NCBI GenBank assembly: GCA_012295275.1 | Contig: CM022677.1 | Coordinates: forward strand, 11,470,001 to 11,534,000 | DNA: 64,000 nucleotides | Origin: Chrysomallon squamiferum | Lineage: Eukaryota; Animalia; Mollusca | Direction of reading: 5' to 3' | Shown: positions 1 through 15,605 of the stretch, one piece after another | Layout: every line of letters begins with the position of its first letter | Numbering within the stretch: the first letter of the stretch is position 1 | Translations under genes and position numbers: made by a program | Notes under the pieces: generated by a model | What the model was told of the DNA's origin: nothing | Database searches by the model: none | Seen by the model: the letters and a program-made list of their open reading frames with translations, nothing else

Positions 1-487
1 AGAATTTATTAATATTATTCTTTCAATTTATAGAATATCAGTGTTCAAAAGGCGTGTAATAGCTCAAATGAAAGGAACAAATATCAATATAATACATTTT
101 TTTAGAAATTATATGTATCAGTGCTTTAAAATCATTCTAAATCAAAATCGTATTCAAAACAAACTTTCAATTTTTATTAACAAATATGTTAAGAACAATA
201 TTTTCCTAGAACTAAAAGATGACATACTTATTTTCAAATATCCTTTGGAAAGCCACAAATAATCAATATAGATATATCATGGAAATGGATAAAAGAATTA
301 ATACTATAAACTACTGTAAATTATATATGAATATTACGAATAAATAAGTATGCGTGCACGTGAGTGTGACTGAGTGTGTGAGAGGAAACAGTTTTTATTA
401 TAGTTATTTACAGTTTTAATGTTATTTTAATTGTGTACAACTGTTTATTATATTAATAAAGATAAAAAAAAAAAAAAAAAAACCCAA

Positions 488-582
488 AAGACCAGTTCTC
501 GTCCGATCACCGAAGTTAAGCAACGCAGGGCTCGGACAGTACTTGGATGGGTGACCGCCTGGGAACACCGAGTGCCGTAGAC
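488..582 (+). rRNA. 5'-truncated 5S rRNA copy (probable pseudogene)
   Basis: ccagttctcgtccgatcaccgaagttaagcaacgcagggctcggacagtacttggatgggtgaccgcctgggaacaccgagtgccgtag matches the conserved metazoan 5S body including box A/box C. The first ~20 nt are missing and replaced by a poly(A) tract. Confidence 0.88.
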
Positions 583-891
583 ACGCCTCTTTCTTCGTTT
601 CTTTCTTACTTTCTTTCTTTCTTATTTCTTTCTTATGTCAACAGCAAGAGCCAATTGACATCGGTAGCGAGTGTGTGCGTGGGCGCAGATTTTGGAGTGA
701 CCGTGTTGTGTATGTCTGATTGTGTGTGTACGTATGTTTGTTATTTCAGAACGCGCCTGTGTGTGTGTGTGCGTGTGTGTGTGTGTGCGTGTGTGCGCGA
801 GCCGGTTCGAAAAAGGAATCTTCCAACGAAAAATTGAATTGCCAGATCACGACGGCGCGATAATTAATGTATTTTCATTTCGATTTTATTA

Positions 892-959
<68 letters not shown>

Positions 960-1569
960 GTTATTATTATTGCCATCGTTATCGTTGTCGTTATTCAGCG
1001 CACGCAATAAGAAGAACGAAGATAAATAGACGTCGGTTCGTCTTTTTTTTTTTTTTTTTTTTCTTTCTTTTTCTTTCAAATTTTCAGTCACTGCCGGACA
1101 ATTCGGCTGTTGCCTCATCTATTGACGAATAACCTACCCATTTACAATTGACCAGGTTCTCTTCGAACATTAAAAATTAGTAAATTCTGTCTTAATTGAA
1201 AATAACGACGATTACGATTTAATTTATAAAATGATCAGACACGTTGTTGTTGTTGTTGTTCTTGAAGTTATTCTGAAACCATCTTTACAAATGGAAGATT
1301 GAGCCCACTCCACAGACAGTGTGCCTAGTGTGCGTCGGTGCCGTGGACTCAGTCTTGCATGCGTTTTTTGTTCACTGCAGCAAAACTAACTCATTTATTG
1401 AACGTATTGAACCCTGTTGAAAAAAAGCAAACAAATAAAAAAAAAAAAAAAACACAACAATTTTTTTGGCAGCACGCAGTTCAAACTAAATCCATATAGA
1501 ATAATTTTTTGGAATCAAGCACACAAAAAGTGGCGGCAACTTTCCATCTAATTTAGAGATTATTTTTCT

Positions 1570-1769
1570 NNNNNNNNNNNNNNNNNNNNNNNNNNNNNNN
1601 NNNNNNNNNNNNNNNNNNNNNNNNNNNNNNNNNNNNNNNNNNNNNNNNNNNNNNNNNNNNNNNNNNNNNNNNNNNNNNNNNNNNNNNNNNNNNNNNNNNN
1701 NNNNNNNNNNNNNNNNNNNNNNNNNNNNNNNNNNNNNNNNNNNNNNNNNNNNNNNNNNNNNNNNNNNNN
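1570..1769. other. Assembly gap (200 N)
   Basis: Run of 200 N. Confidence 0.99.
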
Positions 1770-1910
1770 TATATAATGGAATAATAATAGCAGCAGTAGT
1801 AGTAGTAGTAGTAATAATAGTATCACCTAAATATAGTTCAATGATTCATTTATTACTTATGCTATCTATTTGTGGATCTGATTACTTTAAATTACTTTAA
1901 TTCTTTTCAT

Positions 1911-1957
<47 letters not shown>

Positions 1958-3319
1958 TAGATTTATCCTCCCTGATCTCAGTGATCAAGAGCAGAGTTGT
2001 TCAACTGGAATTATTCATTTCTAAGAAATTATCGATCAGGACGTTTTTCAGGTAGGTATCTATTTTGAAACTACAAAGTATTTTATATTGTTCTTATTTA
2101 ATTTTAATTTTATTATTATTATTACATATCTTATTTATTTCTTTGCATGTGTTTCGTTCAGTCTTTCTTTCTTCCTTTCTTAATTCGTTCCTTCCTTGTT
2201 GTCTAACATTCGTTTTGATCTATCACCCATTCTAACCAGTATATAAAATGTTATTGCATTTGTTTTCATCTACAAGGGAAAACAAAATAAAAAAAAAAAA
2301 AAATAAAAAAGAAGAAGAAAGAATAAACATTATTGGATATACATGTAACAAACAGCATTATAGCATGAGGCTTTTTAAAGATGAAAACATATGTGCTAGA
2401 CCCGACTATAAAATGTTTCTCACCATCTGGTGTATGTAAGTAGATGATGTGTGATAATATTATCTCATATAATTTAATTTTTTTTTATTATATTTATGAG
2501 TTTGTCAGTTGGTTGTCTTTATTGTCTTTATTGAAATTATTTATCTTCTCACAAAGCTGACAAATGTAAATAATTTCTTATTTTCACGGGTTATTTCTAC
2601 ACTTATGGACAGATTGTGTATTAACAACGAAATTGTCAGATCGCTGTAAATAACACCCGAGTATATCTTTGTGTGTCTCGCGTACCAGTGACACGCTGTT
2701 TTTATATGACCTACATAACAAACAAACAGTCAGTGTTAGATTACATTGAAACTGGTCATGCAAGCCTCGTCAGAGAAATAAGACATGTACACTTATATTC
2801 AGTATACTGTAAAAATATTTTTATTATTATTATTGTTGTTGTTGATGATGTTGATGTTGTTGTTGTTGCTATTACAATTATTATTATTATTATTATTAAT
2901 ATTATAACTTACGTATAAGCAATGGCATCTAGTAGTATTTAATTTATCTGAATTAGAATTAATGTAATTTATTGTAAAGAAGATTTATGTAAGATCAGTG
3001 TACATATATCTCGTAGCACGATTTGTCTATTTTAATCTGAAACTGAAACGTAACACTTGATGACGTATAAGATATTTGACGTCAGTCGCGTGTTTATCAG
3101 TGGAGGGTTTCCTAACTAAAAGAACACAAAGCAGAACTGACAGCAGTCGGCCATATTGAACGTGTATAAAATTTTATATTTTATTATGTGTTGACGCTTC
3201 CACTGTTCTTAATTTATTATAAATATATCAGAGTTAGTTCTCTAACAAATAGATTACTTAAGTGTCAGGTGTTTTAAATTGAAATGAAAAAAGTTATGTA
3301 TATCCTGACTTTAATATGC

Positions 3320-3367
<48 letters not shown>

Positions 3368-4127
3368 TGCTATCCTATTATATCTCTTTTTCTTTTTTTT
3401 TTTTTTTTTTATTAACGCCTTTTGCTATATATCGCTTACTTTATATTATTTTATTTTATTTTAATTTATTCTTAGATCGGTGACATCTGTGATCTATAAC
3501 TGAGTTGATAGAAAATAGTCGCTTATAAGAAATTGTCGATCAGGAAGTTGAAATTACAAGGTATTTTATATTGTTTTATATTTCAAAAGTTTCACATCTT
3601 TTTTCTTGATTTTCCTCACTTATTATTCTTTTTTCTTATATCGTGTTTCTTTTAGATTTGTTATTGTCGGTTAATTATTTTGTCTTTTCGAGGAGTAAGT
3701 TGGTATAAATGACCATATGTACATTGCGATTTGAAAACCGTATCTCCCACAGTTAAATATGTCTGTGTATAATAATAATTATTGTTGTTGTCGTCATCAT
3801 AATAATCACTAGTGTAAGCATAATGTACTTCTTTTTATCTTTTATCGATTTGGTATATATTTATCTGATTTGTTTTCTTTCTTTCATTATCTTTTATTTA
3901 TTTATTTGTTTTTAGATTTCTGATCTCAGTGTTGAACAGTACAGGCCTTAAACAGAAAGTACTCGATTGTTAGAAATTATCTCAGGTTGATTATTTTTTT
4001 ACATAAAAATGTTTAGTATTTGAAATATTTCTATGTACAGGTCATAGCTAGATGTGAATATAGAAAACTGATCACTGCAATGTGAGGCTGCGTATTAGAA
4101 ACATTTTAAAATTATATTTCGTATGAG

Positions 4128-4181
<54 letters not shown>

Positions 4182-4235
4182 TTATTATTATTATTTTTAT
4201 TATTATTATTATTATTATTATTTGTTTTAGAAAAC

Positions 4236-4563
4236 ATGGCCACCTCAGCAGAAGTTTCAAGTTGGCAGACAGGGAAAACACTAACGGAGTGTATTGAACA
4301 CGTTTTTCATACGAGAACAGACAGCGACGTCAGATTTATTGTTGGGGAAGAAGAAAAAATTGTAGAAGCACATCGCTTCATCCTGATGATCAGAAGCGAT
4401 GTCTTCCACAAAATGATTATGGGAGAACTTCGCGAACAAAACAGCATCATCTTGCCTGATGTTCAGGCAGATATTTTTACCGAGTTTTTAAAGTATGTTA
4501 ACAAACTCATACACACACGCACACGCACACAGCCACACACAGAGACACAGACACAAACACACA

Positions 4564-4611
<48 letters not shown>

Positions 4612-5890
4612 ACACACACACACACAAACACACAGACACACACACACACACACACAGACACACACAGGTACGAACATAGTGAGTAACGAAACATACAAAC
4701 CGACACGAACGTTGATAACAATACAGTTTTTGTTAGTAATATAATTATTTTCTAATTGAATAATCTCACATAATTATCTCTCGTTTGAAGTCTTACTCTA
4801 CTTCTTTTACACAGATATCTTTACACGGATGACGTCGTCCTAACAGGCGACAACGTCACCGGTCTGCTGTATCTATCGAGGAAGTACATCGTCACGACAC
4901 TGGAAGAACAGTGCGTGAAATATTTGGAGTCGTCGTTGTCGTCACGGAATGCGTGCGTCGTGCTGGAACAAGCTCACCTGTTTGATGAACATGATCTAAG
5001 GAAAAAACTCTGGACTTCATTTTGAAAAATGGCGACGAAGTTCTGAAGTCAGATGAAGTCACCGATCTTTGTCACGAATGTCTGGTTGAGATCGTACGAT
5101 CAGACGAACTGACAGCAGACGAGAAAAATGTTTTTGAAGCCGCTGTGAAGTGGGCTGACAGCGCGTGCAGGAAGCAAGGGAGACAGACGAATGAAAAAAC
5201 ATGCGCGAAGCACTGGGAGAGGTCGTGAAGCACGTGCGTTATCCATTACTCGATCAGACGTATTTTGTAAAACACGTGACACCCACTCACATACTCACTG
5301 ACACAGAAGAAAACAAGATTTTGAGACACCTGGTGAGCAGTGATGAAGATGTTTCACCTTTCAACTCAAACAAGAGAACTGCAATGATTCCTAAAACACA
5401 GATTACAATAAACAGGTTTGGTTCGTATGGTTATACTGGTTTTATGTTTGGTTACTTGACATGTTCTGGTCTGAAGAAGATGAATCCATTACTTTCTCTG
5501 TCAACAAAAACGCTTTACTTCGCGGATTTCAGTTGTACGGTTACAACCAACCACGAAACTACGACGTCAGCGCCTTCGTCACTGACACAAGAACAGACGA
5601 AATACTGGACGGGTCTACACTGACACAGAGATATGAACACGTCGTGTCTGACGTGTATGACGTCGTGTTCAGACGTCCAGTGAAGATTACTAAAGACACT
5701 GAGTACAGCTTGTTTGTTAATGTTAAGGGAGGAGACTCATGGTGTGGACATGAAGGTAAATCAGAAATTGTTGTAGACTCTTTTGTTTGTAGATTTTCTG
5801 AGTCACACAAATCTAAACACAGTGACAGACAACTTCGTACACATGTGTGTGACAGACGGACAAATACCTGCTTTGTTATTTTTAGTGTAA
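4236..5890 (+). pseudogene. BTB/POZ-BACK-PHR domain protein gene (BTBD1/2/3/6-like family), two coding exons 4236-4492 and 4815-5890, frameshifted
   Basis: Exon 1 encodes SDVRFIVG..AHRFILMIRSDVFHKM..LPDV (BTB). A GT-AG intron 4493-4814 restores KYLYTD. BACK motifs follow (NACVVLEQAHLF, EKNVFEAAVKWA, VRYP), then a PHR-like C-terminus ending GQIPALLFLV*. About 4 frameshifts; two (~5005, ~5197) are single missing As in A-runs, so the gene may be intact and mis-assembled. Confidence 0.85.
4510..4666. repeat. (CA)n compound microsatellite in intron
   Basis: Direct inspection. Confidence 0.95.
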
Positions 5891-6099
5891 AAAACAACAT
5901 CGTTCAAACACTGTCACTTTTAGTCATCACTGGCCTAATATTTGTATTTATTTATTTATTTGTTTACTTATTGATTTATTGATTTGTTTATGTTTTTCTG
6001 ATGACGTCAGACAGCGGTGATGACGTCATAGACAGTTCCTTTGATTTGAAATTTTATAATGGACTGATTTGTGTCAAACAGATACATCTCATTGCTTTT

Positions 6100-6144
<45 letters not shown>

Positions 6145-6629
6145 GTATTTCTAATGTTTGTTGTTTGTATATAAAACGTAATATTATTAACTATTTCTTG
6201 CTTCATTTGTACTTTTTTATTTCGCTTTAAAATGTATATAAAATAAAATGTAGATAAATTATATATGTACTTACTGACTGTTGGACATGAAATACAAGAA
6301 CTGTTATTTGATTTATTTATCAATTTTCTTTCATTCAGATTTATATTAAATATGTTAGTAAATTAGATTATGTTTCGAATTTACTGTTTGTTTGTTTATG
6401 TATATAAACAAAATGCAAATAAATTTGTTTTGTATCATAAATTTCCACTTCATTTATTTTTGCATTTAGTTTGTGTTTAGAATGTAAACAGAAAAATTAT
6501 GTAGACAAATATCAAGTTTTATTATTTAGTTTCTGTAATATTTTTCTTTTCTGCATACAGCGTGTAATACATAAAGATGTTGTGAGACAGGATTCCAGAT
6601 CAGAACCTATAAATATAATTGATGTGTGT

Positions 6630-6766
<137 letters not shown>

Positions 6767-6987
6767 GTAAAATAAAGATAAAAATATACTTTATAAAAGA
6801 GTTTTGAAAATGGGGAGAGATTTCCCAAGCTGACTATAATCTATTATGAACAAAACTTTGAAAAATCTGGATCTCTCTACTTCGGATATCTGGTGTAAAT
6901 TCAAGAATAAAATACGATCAATTCAATGCCAACAATTAGCCACTGTATGACAAATAAGCCTATGACTAATGGGAGGTAACTCTATAC

Positions 6988-7295
6988 CACTGGTTTTCAA
7001 CCTTTATCATACCTTGACCCTTATGAGGAACTCAGTATGAGCGAAGACCCCTTTAAAATGTTTGATTCAATAATATGTAGTGTTACCATATTTTCATCAA
7101 CCAAAGTCAGTACAAAAGGAATCTATATTCACTATGACGGGTCCCAAACCAATCTACACGTTTTTATTTATTCCTCCTTCCAAGTCAAGTTGAAAAAAAC
7201 TAAAACATACCATTGCTCAAGAACGATCTCGCGACCCCCAGAAAAAAGTCTGGCGAGCCCTCTAGAGGTCATGACCCTTAGGTTGAAAACCTATG
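6988..7295. mobile_element. hAT-type MITE (non-autonomous DNA transposon)
   Basis: TIRs cactggttttcaacc ... ggttgaaaacctatg (13/15 match), subterminal gacccc/ggtc motifs, and a degenerate 8-bp TSD (ctctatac / ccctttac). Confidence 0.7.
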
Positions 7296-7749
7296 CCCTT
7301 TACACAGCTAAATGAACAAGAACATTATTAGTCTGTTAACACCTAAGTGAATTCACTCATTTAGAGTAAGTGTCAAAAGCAGAGGTCTATATAAATATGT
7401 ATGACGCACATATGCTTTCTTTTATTGAATTCATCGCAAAGCGACCTAAAAAACGGCAAAGTATCGAACTTTCAAATGCCACGCTATTGTCACAAACATA
7501 AAATTAAACATCAAATTACATACATCGATGTTTTGTTTCTAATACAAAAGCGCTGTTAGCAAAGTACTGTATACAGACCTTGTTAAAGCCATTATGTCAT
7601 TTATCGTGTGAATCTCAATTAAATTAATTTGTATACATGTTTAGAAGAACTGTGTTTATTGTCAAACTCTAATCACAACAGTAAACAATACATTTGACAG
7701 AAATAACAAAAGTCCACTGATTGATCGCAGAATGTTTTCTGGAGATCGT

Positions 7750-9341
<1,592 letters not shown>

Positions 9342-10112
9342 GTATGTGTGTGTATGTATGTATGCATGTATGTCAGCAGGTGTTCAAAAATGAATTGGTG
9401 ATTTATAATCAAATATTTATTTATGTCATGTTCCGCTCCCTTCTGATTTCTTTCACTCTCTCTCATATTCATTTATTTGTGTATTCTCTTTTTAGAGTAT
9501 ATAACATAACTCTGGTAATAAGTACACAAAAGCCACACTCTAATACTCTCTGTTTCTCAAAAAAAAACAACGCTTAAGTGATTAAGATGTGTTTTATGTT
9601 ACTGACAGCAGAACATTCAGTGTCAGTGTTGATAAGCTCGGCACGTACTCAGATAGTCACACGTCGCACTGACGTTGTATTAAACAGCTTAGTGCAAGGT
9701 TTCTATTTTTCATTCATAAAGACGTCACCTGTCTTTGTTGTTTTCGACTAGCACGACATCTACGTCTATTATATAGGTCATAAAAGTGAACATAACAAAA
9801 AAATAAAATGAGAATAATAATGTTTTCTTACTGAGTAATGTTTTACTTTCTCCATGGTAACAAGTCTCCTAGCATTTGACATTCATGATTTGTTCACCGT
9901 TGGCAACAAGCTTCAAACATGGATGCTTTGGGATATTTAATGTTTGTTTCTATGCGTGAAAGAGAGGAGTTCTTGGATGTTTGACACTGTCAGGTTCATT
10001 CAGTTGCCACAAGAGAGATATGATTAAAAATAAAACAACATCACAAATATACGCAAACTACGAGCATAATTGTAATTGTAAATTATAATAAATTTTATTA
10101 TTTTTATATGTG

Positions 10113-10149
<37 letters not shown>

Positions 10150-10749
10150 ATACACCTGCATATACGTGTGTGTGTGTGTGAGTCTGTGTGTGAAACAAAT
10201 ATCACTGAGTAAAATTATTATTGTATGACAGTATAATTAAATTGATTTCCCGATATTAATTATTATACTAAAGGTGGTGATAATGTGCTTGTCAATAAAT
10301 TTACAAAAAATAAACGTAAATTATTTTAACATAGGTTGCCGCTACTTTCTGTTATTTGTCATTTCGACCGTTTCTTTCCTGTGGAAAATGTATACACACA
10401 CATATTTATACACAGAGATATTTTTTCCCAGGAAAGAAAAGGTCGAAATGACAAAGTCAAATCTCCGTCTTTTGTTCAGTTAACAGCGTCCAGAGAGAGA
10501 AAAAAAAAAAAAAAAAAAACATCTTATGAGATTAAGATAAGATTTTGTTTCTCTGAAGAACAAAGGAGATTTTTCTTCTTGTGCTTCTCCCTTTCCATAC
10601 TTATTTTTTTATTTTTTTCATTTATATAGCTTTTCAAGTCTCCATTCACCGCATAACCTATTTTGAATCTGGTTCAGATAACATTTTATTTGTTACTGAA
10701 GCAAAACTTACTATGTTAATACAAATACTATTGCTATGGCTGTATGTAA

Positions 10750-10997
10750 AAAAGCTAAATTGTTCTGTAAATTCTAATTTTATTGTAATAAAAATGTTTA
10801 TCGTCTGAAGTTACCCGAGTCATTATTTTAATCTAATAAAATTTAGTTGCATTGAATTAATTATAGTATTATTGTAAATTCGAAAAGTTCTATGACCACC
10901 ATTTGAAATATTTGTTATCTGTGTTCAGTTTGTTTATAATTAACTTATTATTAAAACTTGAGTGAGCGAAACAAGACCTACTAATCTGTTTTGTCAC
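10750..10997 (+). repeat. ~250-bp dispersed direct repeat, second copy at ~12930-13173
   Basis: Shared ctaaattgttctgtaaatt..aaatttagttgcatt..gagtgagcgaaacaagacctactaatctgttttgtcac. Confidence 0.85.
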
Positions 10998-11599
10998 GGC
11001 CAAAGTTCTCAGCTTTATTACCTGGATATTTTTTAACAAAGAGATGACAATGAGGCTGTGTTACTGTGGAAACCAGGTTTCAGTTTTATGAGACAAACAC
11101 ACAAATACGTGATCTAACATACCCGCTTGAAGAGAACTTTGACCATCTCGTGATGGAGATAAAACTCAGGTGAGGTATTTCAGTCACAATCCATGGCCTT
11201 ATTTAGTAAACTGATGTTTTCTCTTTAACATGAAATACAACATCGAGGTCCGAGCTTGTTTAAATAATGGGAGGGGTGTGGTATTTGTATAGTTACTTAT
11301 TACAACCACTGTTACCTGTAATATTACAGCTACTACAACATGTTTGTAACATTCTCACTGCTGTTAACTTGTTTTACATTTTACAAATAGAACAAACAAC
11401 AACAGCTACAACATTTATTATTACTACTACTACTAAAAATACTATTACTAAAGCTGCTAATAGTACTGTTGCTGCTACAACTTTACTGCCACTACTAATA
11501 TCAATAGCACTAAACTATTATTAGTACTTCAGTTACTTTAACTACTGTTACTATATTTGATAAAACTACTTCTAATTCTACGACTGTCAATACTTCTAC

Positions 11600-12309
11600 T
11601 GTTAGCTACTGCTGTTATTACTGTTATTACTACTACTATTATTACTGTTATTACTACTACTATCTATTACTGTTATTACTACTACTATCATACTACTTAC
11701 TGTTATTACTACTACTATCATACTGTTATTACTGTTATTACTACTACTATCATACTGTTATTACTGTTATTACTACTACTATCATACTGTTATTACTGTT
11801 ATTACTACTACTCATACTGTTACCTAGTTTACTACTACTATATTACTACTACTACTACTACTATACTACTACTGTTATTACTACTACTATCATACTATTA
11901 TTACTACTACTACTACATCATACTACTACTACTTACTACTACTACTACTATCATACTGTTATTACTGTTATTATACTACTATCATACTGTTATTACTGTT
12001 ATTACTACTACTATTGTTATTACTGTTATTACTTACTACTATACTACTACTACTGTTATTACTGTTATTACTACTACTATCATACTGTTATTACTGTTAT
12101 TACTACTACTATCATACTGTTATTACTGTTATTACTACTACTATCATACTGTTATTACTGTTATTACTACTACTATCATACTGTTATTACTGTTATTACT
12201 ACTACTATCATACTGTTATTACTGTTATTACTACTACTATCATACTGTTACCAGTGTTACTAGTACCGCACGTGTTAGGCCTGCTGCTACACCTTTACTA
12301 CTACCACTG

Positions 12310-12395
<86 letters not shown>
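11600..12395. repeat. Compound (TAC/TAT/TGT) minisatellite (unit ~ catactgttattactgttattactactactat) ending in a pure (CTA)n tract
   Basis: Direct inspection. It explains the low-complexity ORFs 11557-12427. Confidence 0.93.
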
Positions 12396-12827
12396 GTAAC
12401 GATTACAATAATAACTGCTATTTCTAATCTTGTAAATTAAAATTTGTTTGTGATCACCTTTTTCTAATATTAACAATATCATTTAATTACTCTGTCTATA
12501 TTTAGTTATGTATGTTCAACTCGTGTATAATTAATTTATTACTAAAACACGTGTCAGTGATAACATGACTTACTGTCTTACTGACTTACTAATTTTCTGA
12601 CAAAACCGTGATTTAATAAGAGTACAGACAGGATACGCAGACAAACACACACACACACACACACACATAGACAAACACGCACACAAATACACACACATAC
12701 ATACATACAGACACACATACACACAGACAAACGGAGACACACACAATTATATTAATATAATATAAAAATAATATTCAAACTGAATATTACCAAAGAATAT
12801 TACTACTACTGCTATAACTACTAGTCT

Positions 12828-12862
<35 letters not shown>

Positions 12863-13237
12863 TATCTACTACTAGTAGTGTTACTTATACCACTGCTAAT
12901 GTTAATACAAATGCTAATGCTGAGGTTATTTGTAAAAACTAAATTGTTCTGTAAATTATAATTTCATTGTGATAAAATTGTAAATCGTCTGAAATTGCCA
13001 GTCATTTGTTTAATGTAATAAAATTTAGTTGCATTTTAATTAACTATATTATATATTGTAAATTCGATTATTTCTACGGTCACATTTGAAATATTTGTTA
13101 TCAGTGTTCAGTTTGGTAACTTGTTATTAAAACACGAGTGAGCGAAACAAGACCTACTAATCTGTTTTGTCACTTTTCTTTTCTAATGATCAACAAATTT
13201 GCTTTAGTACAAAGTCAGCTTTACAGCTATATATATG

Positions 13238-13450
<213 letters not shown>

Positions 13451-13564
13451 TGTAACTTTTAAAAACCTTTCGCTTCTGTGAAACTGCCAGAAAAGAAATG
13501 TAAAAAGATATAAATTAAAATATTTATTACTTCTTTATGACTTTTCGATTTTTATTATTACTCC

Positions 13565-13599
<35 letters not shown>

Positions 13600-13959
13600 G
13601 TTCCCAACAGTCGATCTGCTTTATATATCTCTGTCTATTTATTTATTTGTTTTCATTTTCTAAGGTAAATTAGAATCATAAGCTAGCAGTCGACGTTTTT
13701 TCACTTCGGGTCAAATCAGTGCATTTGTGATTTTTATCTTACATATATCTTGACAGCGATTTACTTTACTGAACCTAAGAATTCATATTAAATCAAATAC
13801 GCACGCGCACACACACACACACACAATTTTTTCTTTCTTGCCTGTATGCTAGCATGTATATGTGTGTATATGTATTTGTGAGCATGTGATTTTAATATGA
13901 GTTCGCAAACACATACAGACATGTTTGTATGTATTGCTGTATATATGTATGTGTGTATA

Positions 13960-13997
<38 letters not shown>

Positions 13998-14393
13998 TAG
14001 TCAAGCAGCCGTTATCTCTTCCCCCTCTTCCAGATTCTAAAATTATTACAGACTGCGAAAACATCATGAACATAGTTGAATGTTACTGTTTATAAGAAAA
14101 AGTAATATTCGGGTCTGTATGGCTTATGCGACAACAGAAAATAATCAGAATGTCTAATAGTAAAATTTCCCTGTTGTAACTAATTTTCTGACAATTCAGT
14201 GATTTAATAAGAGTACAGACCTGATATCAAATATTTCTCTCTCCAACAATCTGCTGACCGCGTGACTGACCCAGATAAAACACTTCTTAAAATAAATCTT
14301 TAACCTTTGTTGTATTCAAGATAACACTAGGTACAGAGGAAACACTTGGTTTAATGGTTTAATGTAATTTAAAATATTTGAAATAAAATTCAT

Positions 14394-14434
<41 letters not shown>

Positions 14435-14829
14435 TAATTCCTTTATTATCAAATTTTTCTATGTTTGATATTGTTAATGTCCTGTGTTTCATCTATTTAA
14501 ATTTCTTTGCTTATGAATAACTGGATTCTGTACTGAAAGTTGTTCAGCTTGTTATTGAAACACGTGTTAGCGATAAATAATAAAAGCACTGAATCACGTT
14601 AACTACCTAACTAAACTGAAAACACGTTATCTGTTTCCATAGACTCCACACAGGCAAAATGTATAAACAAGTTAAGAAAAAAGACCATAATAAAAAAATA
14701 ATAAAAAATTTTCTTCTCGATGTTCATCTCAAAGTTTGCTCCAACCTGTCAGAAAAAAAAACAAAAAACAACAATATTTAAGTAAGTCAAATGACTAAAA
14801 AGTAAAATCTATAAAATAACCTTAATAAT

Positions 14830-15605
14830 AGTTTTAGGGTCAGGGTTAGAAATAGACTTTGCATAAGAATTAAAGTTAGGCACTTCTTTAGCGTCAGAGT
14901 TAGGGCTTAAGGTTTGGGTTAGGGTTCGAGCTCGGGTTATGTAAATTTTAGTATGAGGTTATGATAATGTGGAAATAATTTTAGGCTCACGATTAGAAGT
15001 AACGTTAAGAATCAAGGATCGGGACTTGAGTAAGATTAGCTTTAGAAGTTCGGCTGTGGTTAGCTTTAGGATGAGGGTTAGGGTTAGGGTTAGGATTAGC
15101 GTTAGTGTTAGGATTACTCAAAGTTTATTATGAGTCTTATGATAATCTGCAAAACAGTTTTATGATCAGAGTTAGTATTAGTGTTAGGGATAGAGTCGGG
15201 GTTAGGCTTAGGGTTAGGATTAAGGTTAGGGTTAGGGTTAATTTAGGGTTAGGGTAAGGGTTAAGGTGATGTTTATTTAAAGATTATTATCAGTGTTACG
15301 ATAATATGCAAAATAATTTTAGGGTCACCATTAGGAGGAGCGTTAATGTAAAAATCCACGTTGTGGACTTAGTTAGGATTAGGTTTAGAATTTGAGCTAG
15401 GGTTAGGTTAGGTTAGGGTTAAGATTAGGGTTATTGTTTGGGTTAGGCTTAGGATTACGGTAGTGTGGAAAATAGTTTTAGGTCAGAGTTAGAGATAGGG
15501 CTCAATGTTATGGATATTGTAAATATTACTATGAATGTTATAATAATAATAAAAATAATATTAAGATCATCATTAGAAGTAGCCTTTGCGTAAGAATTAA
15601 GGTTT
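14830..15605 (+). repeat. Degenerate TTAGGG-rich tandem repeat (~170-240 bp units), interstitial telomere-like satellite
   Basis: Runs of ggttagggttagggttagg interleaved with a recurring ttatgataat..aaataattttagg..cac.attag block at ~14955, ~15135, ~15295 and ~15535. Confidence 0.8.

Noticed and set aside
547-1132. ORFs with poly-Y/N/VC tracts (also 4463-4721, 6471-6828, 11557-12482, 13138-13370, 27972-28327, 32538-32885)
   Set aside because: They are translations of microsatellites
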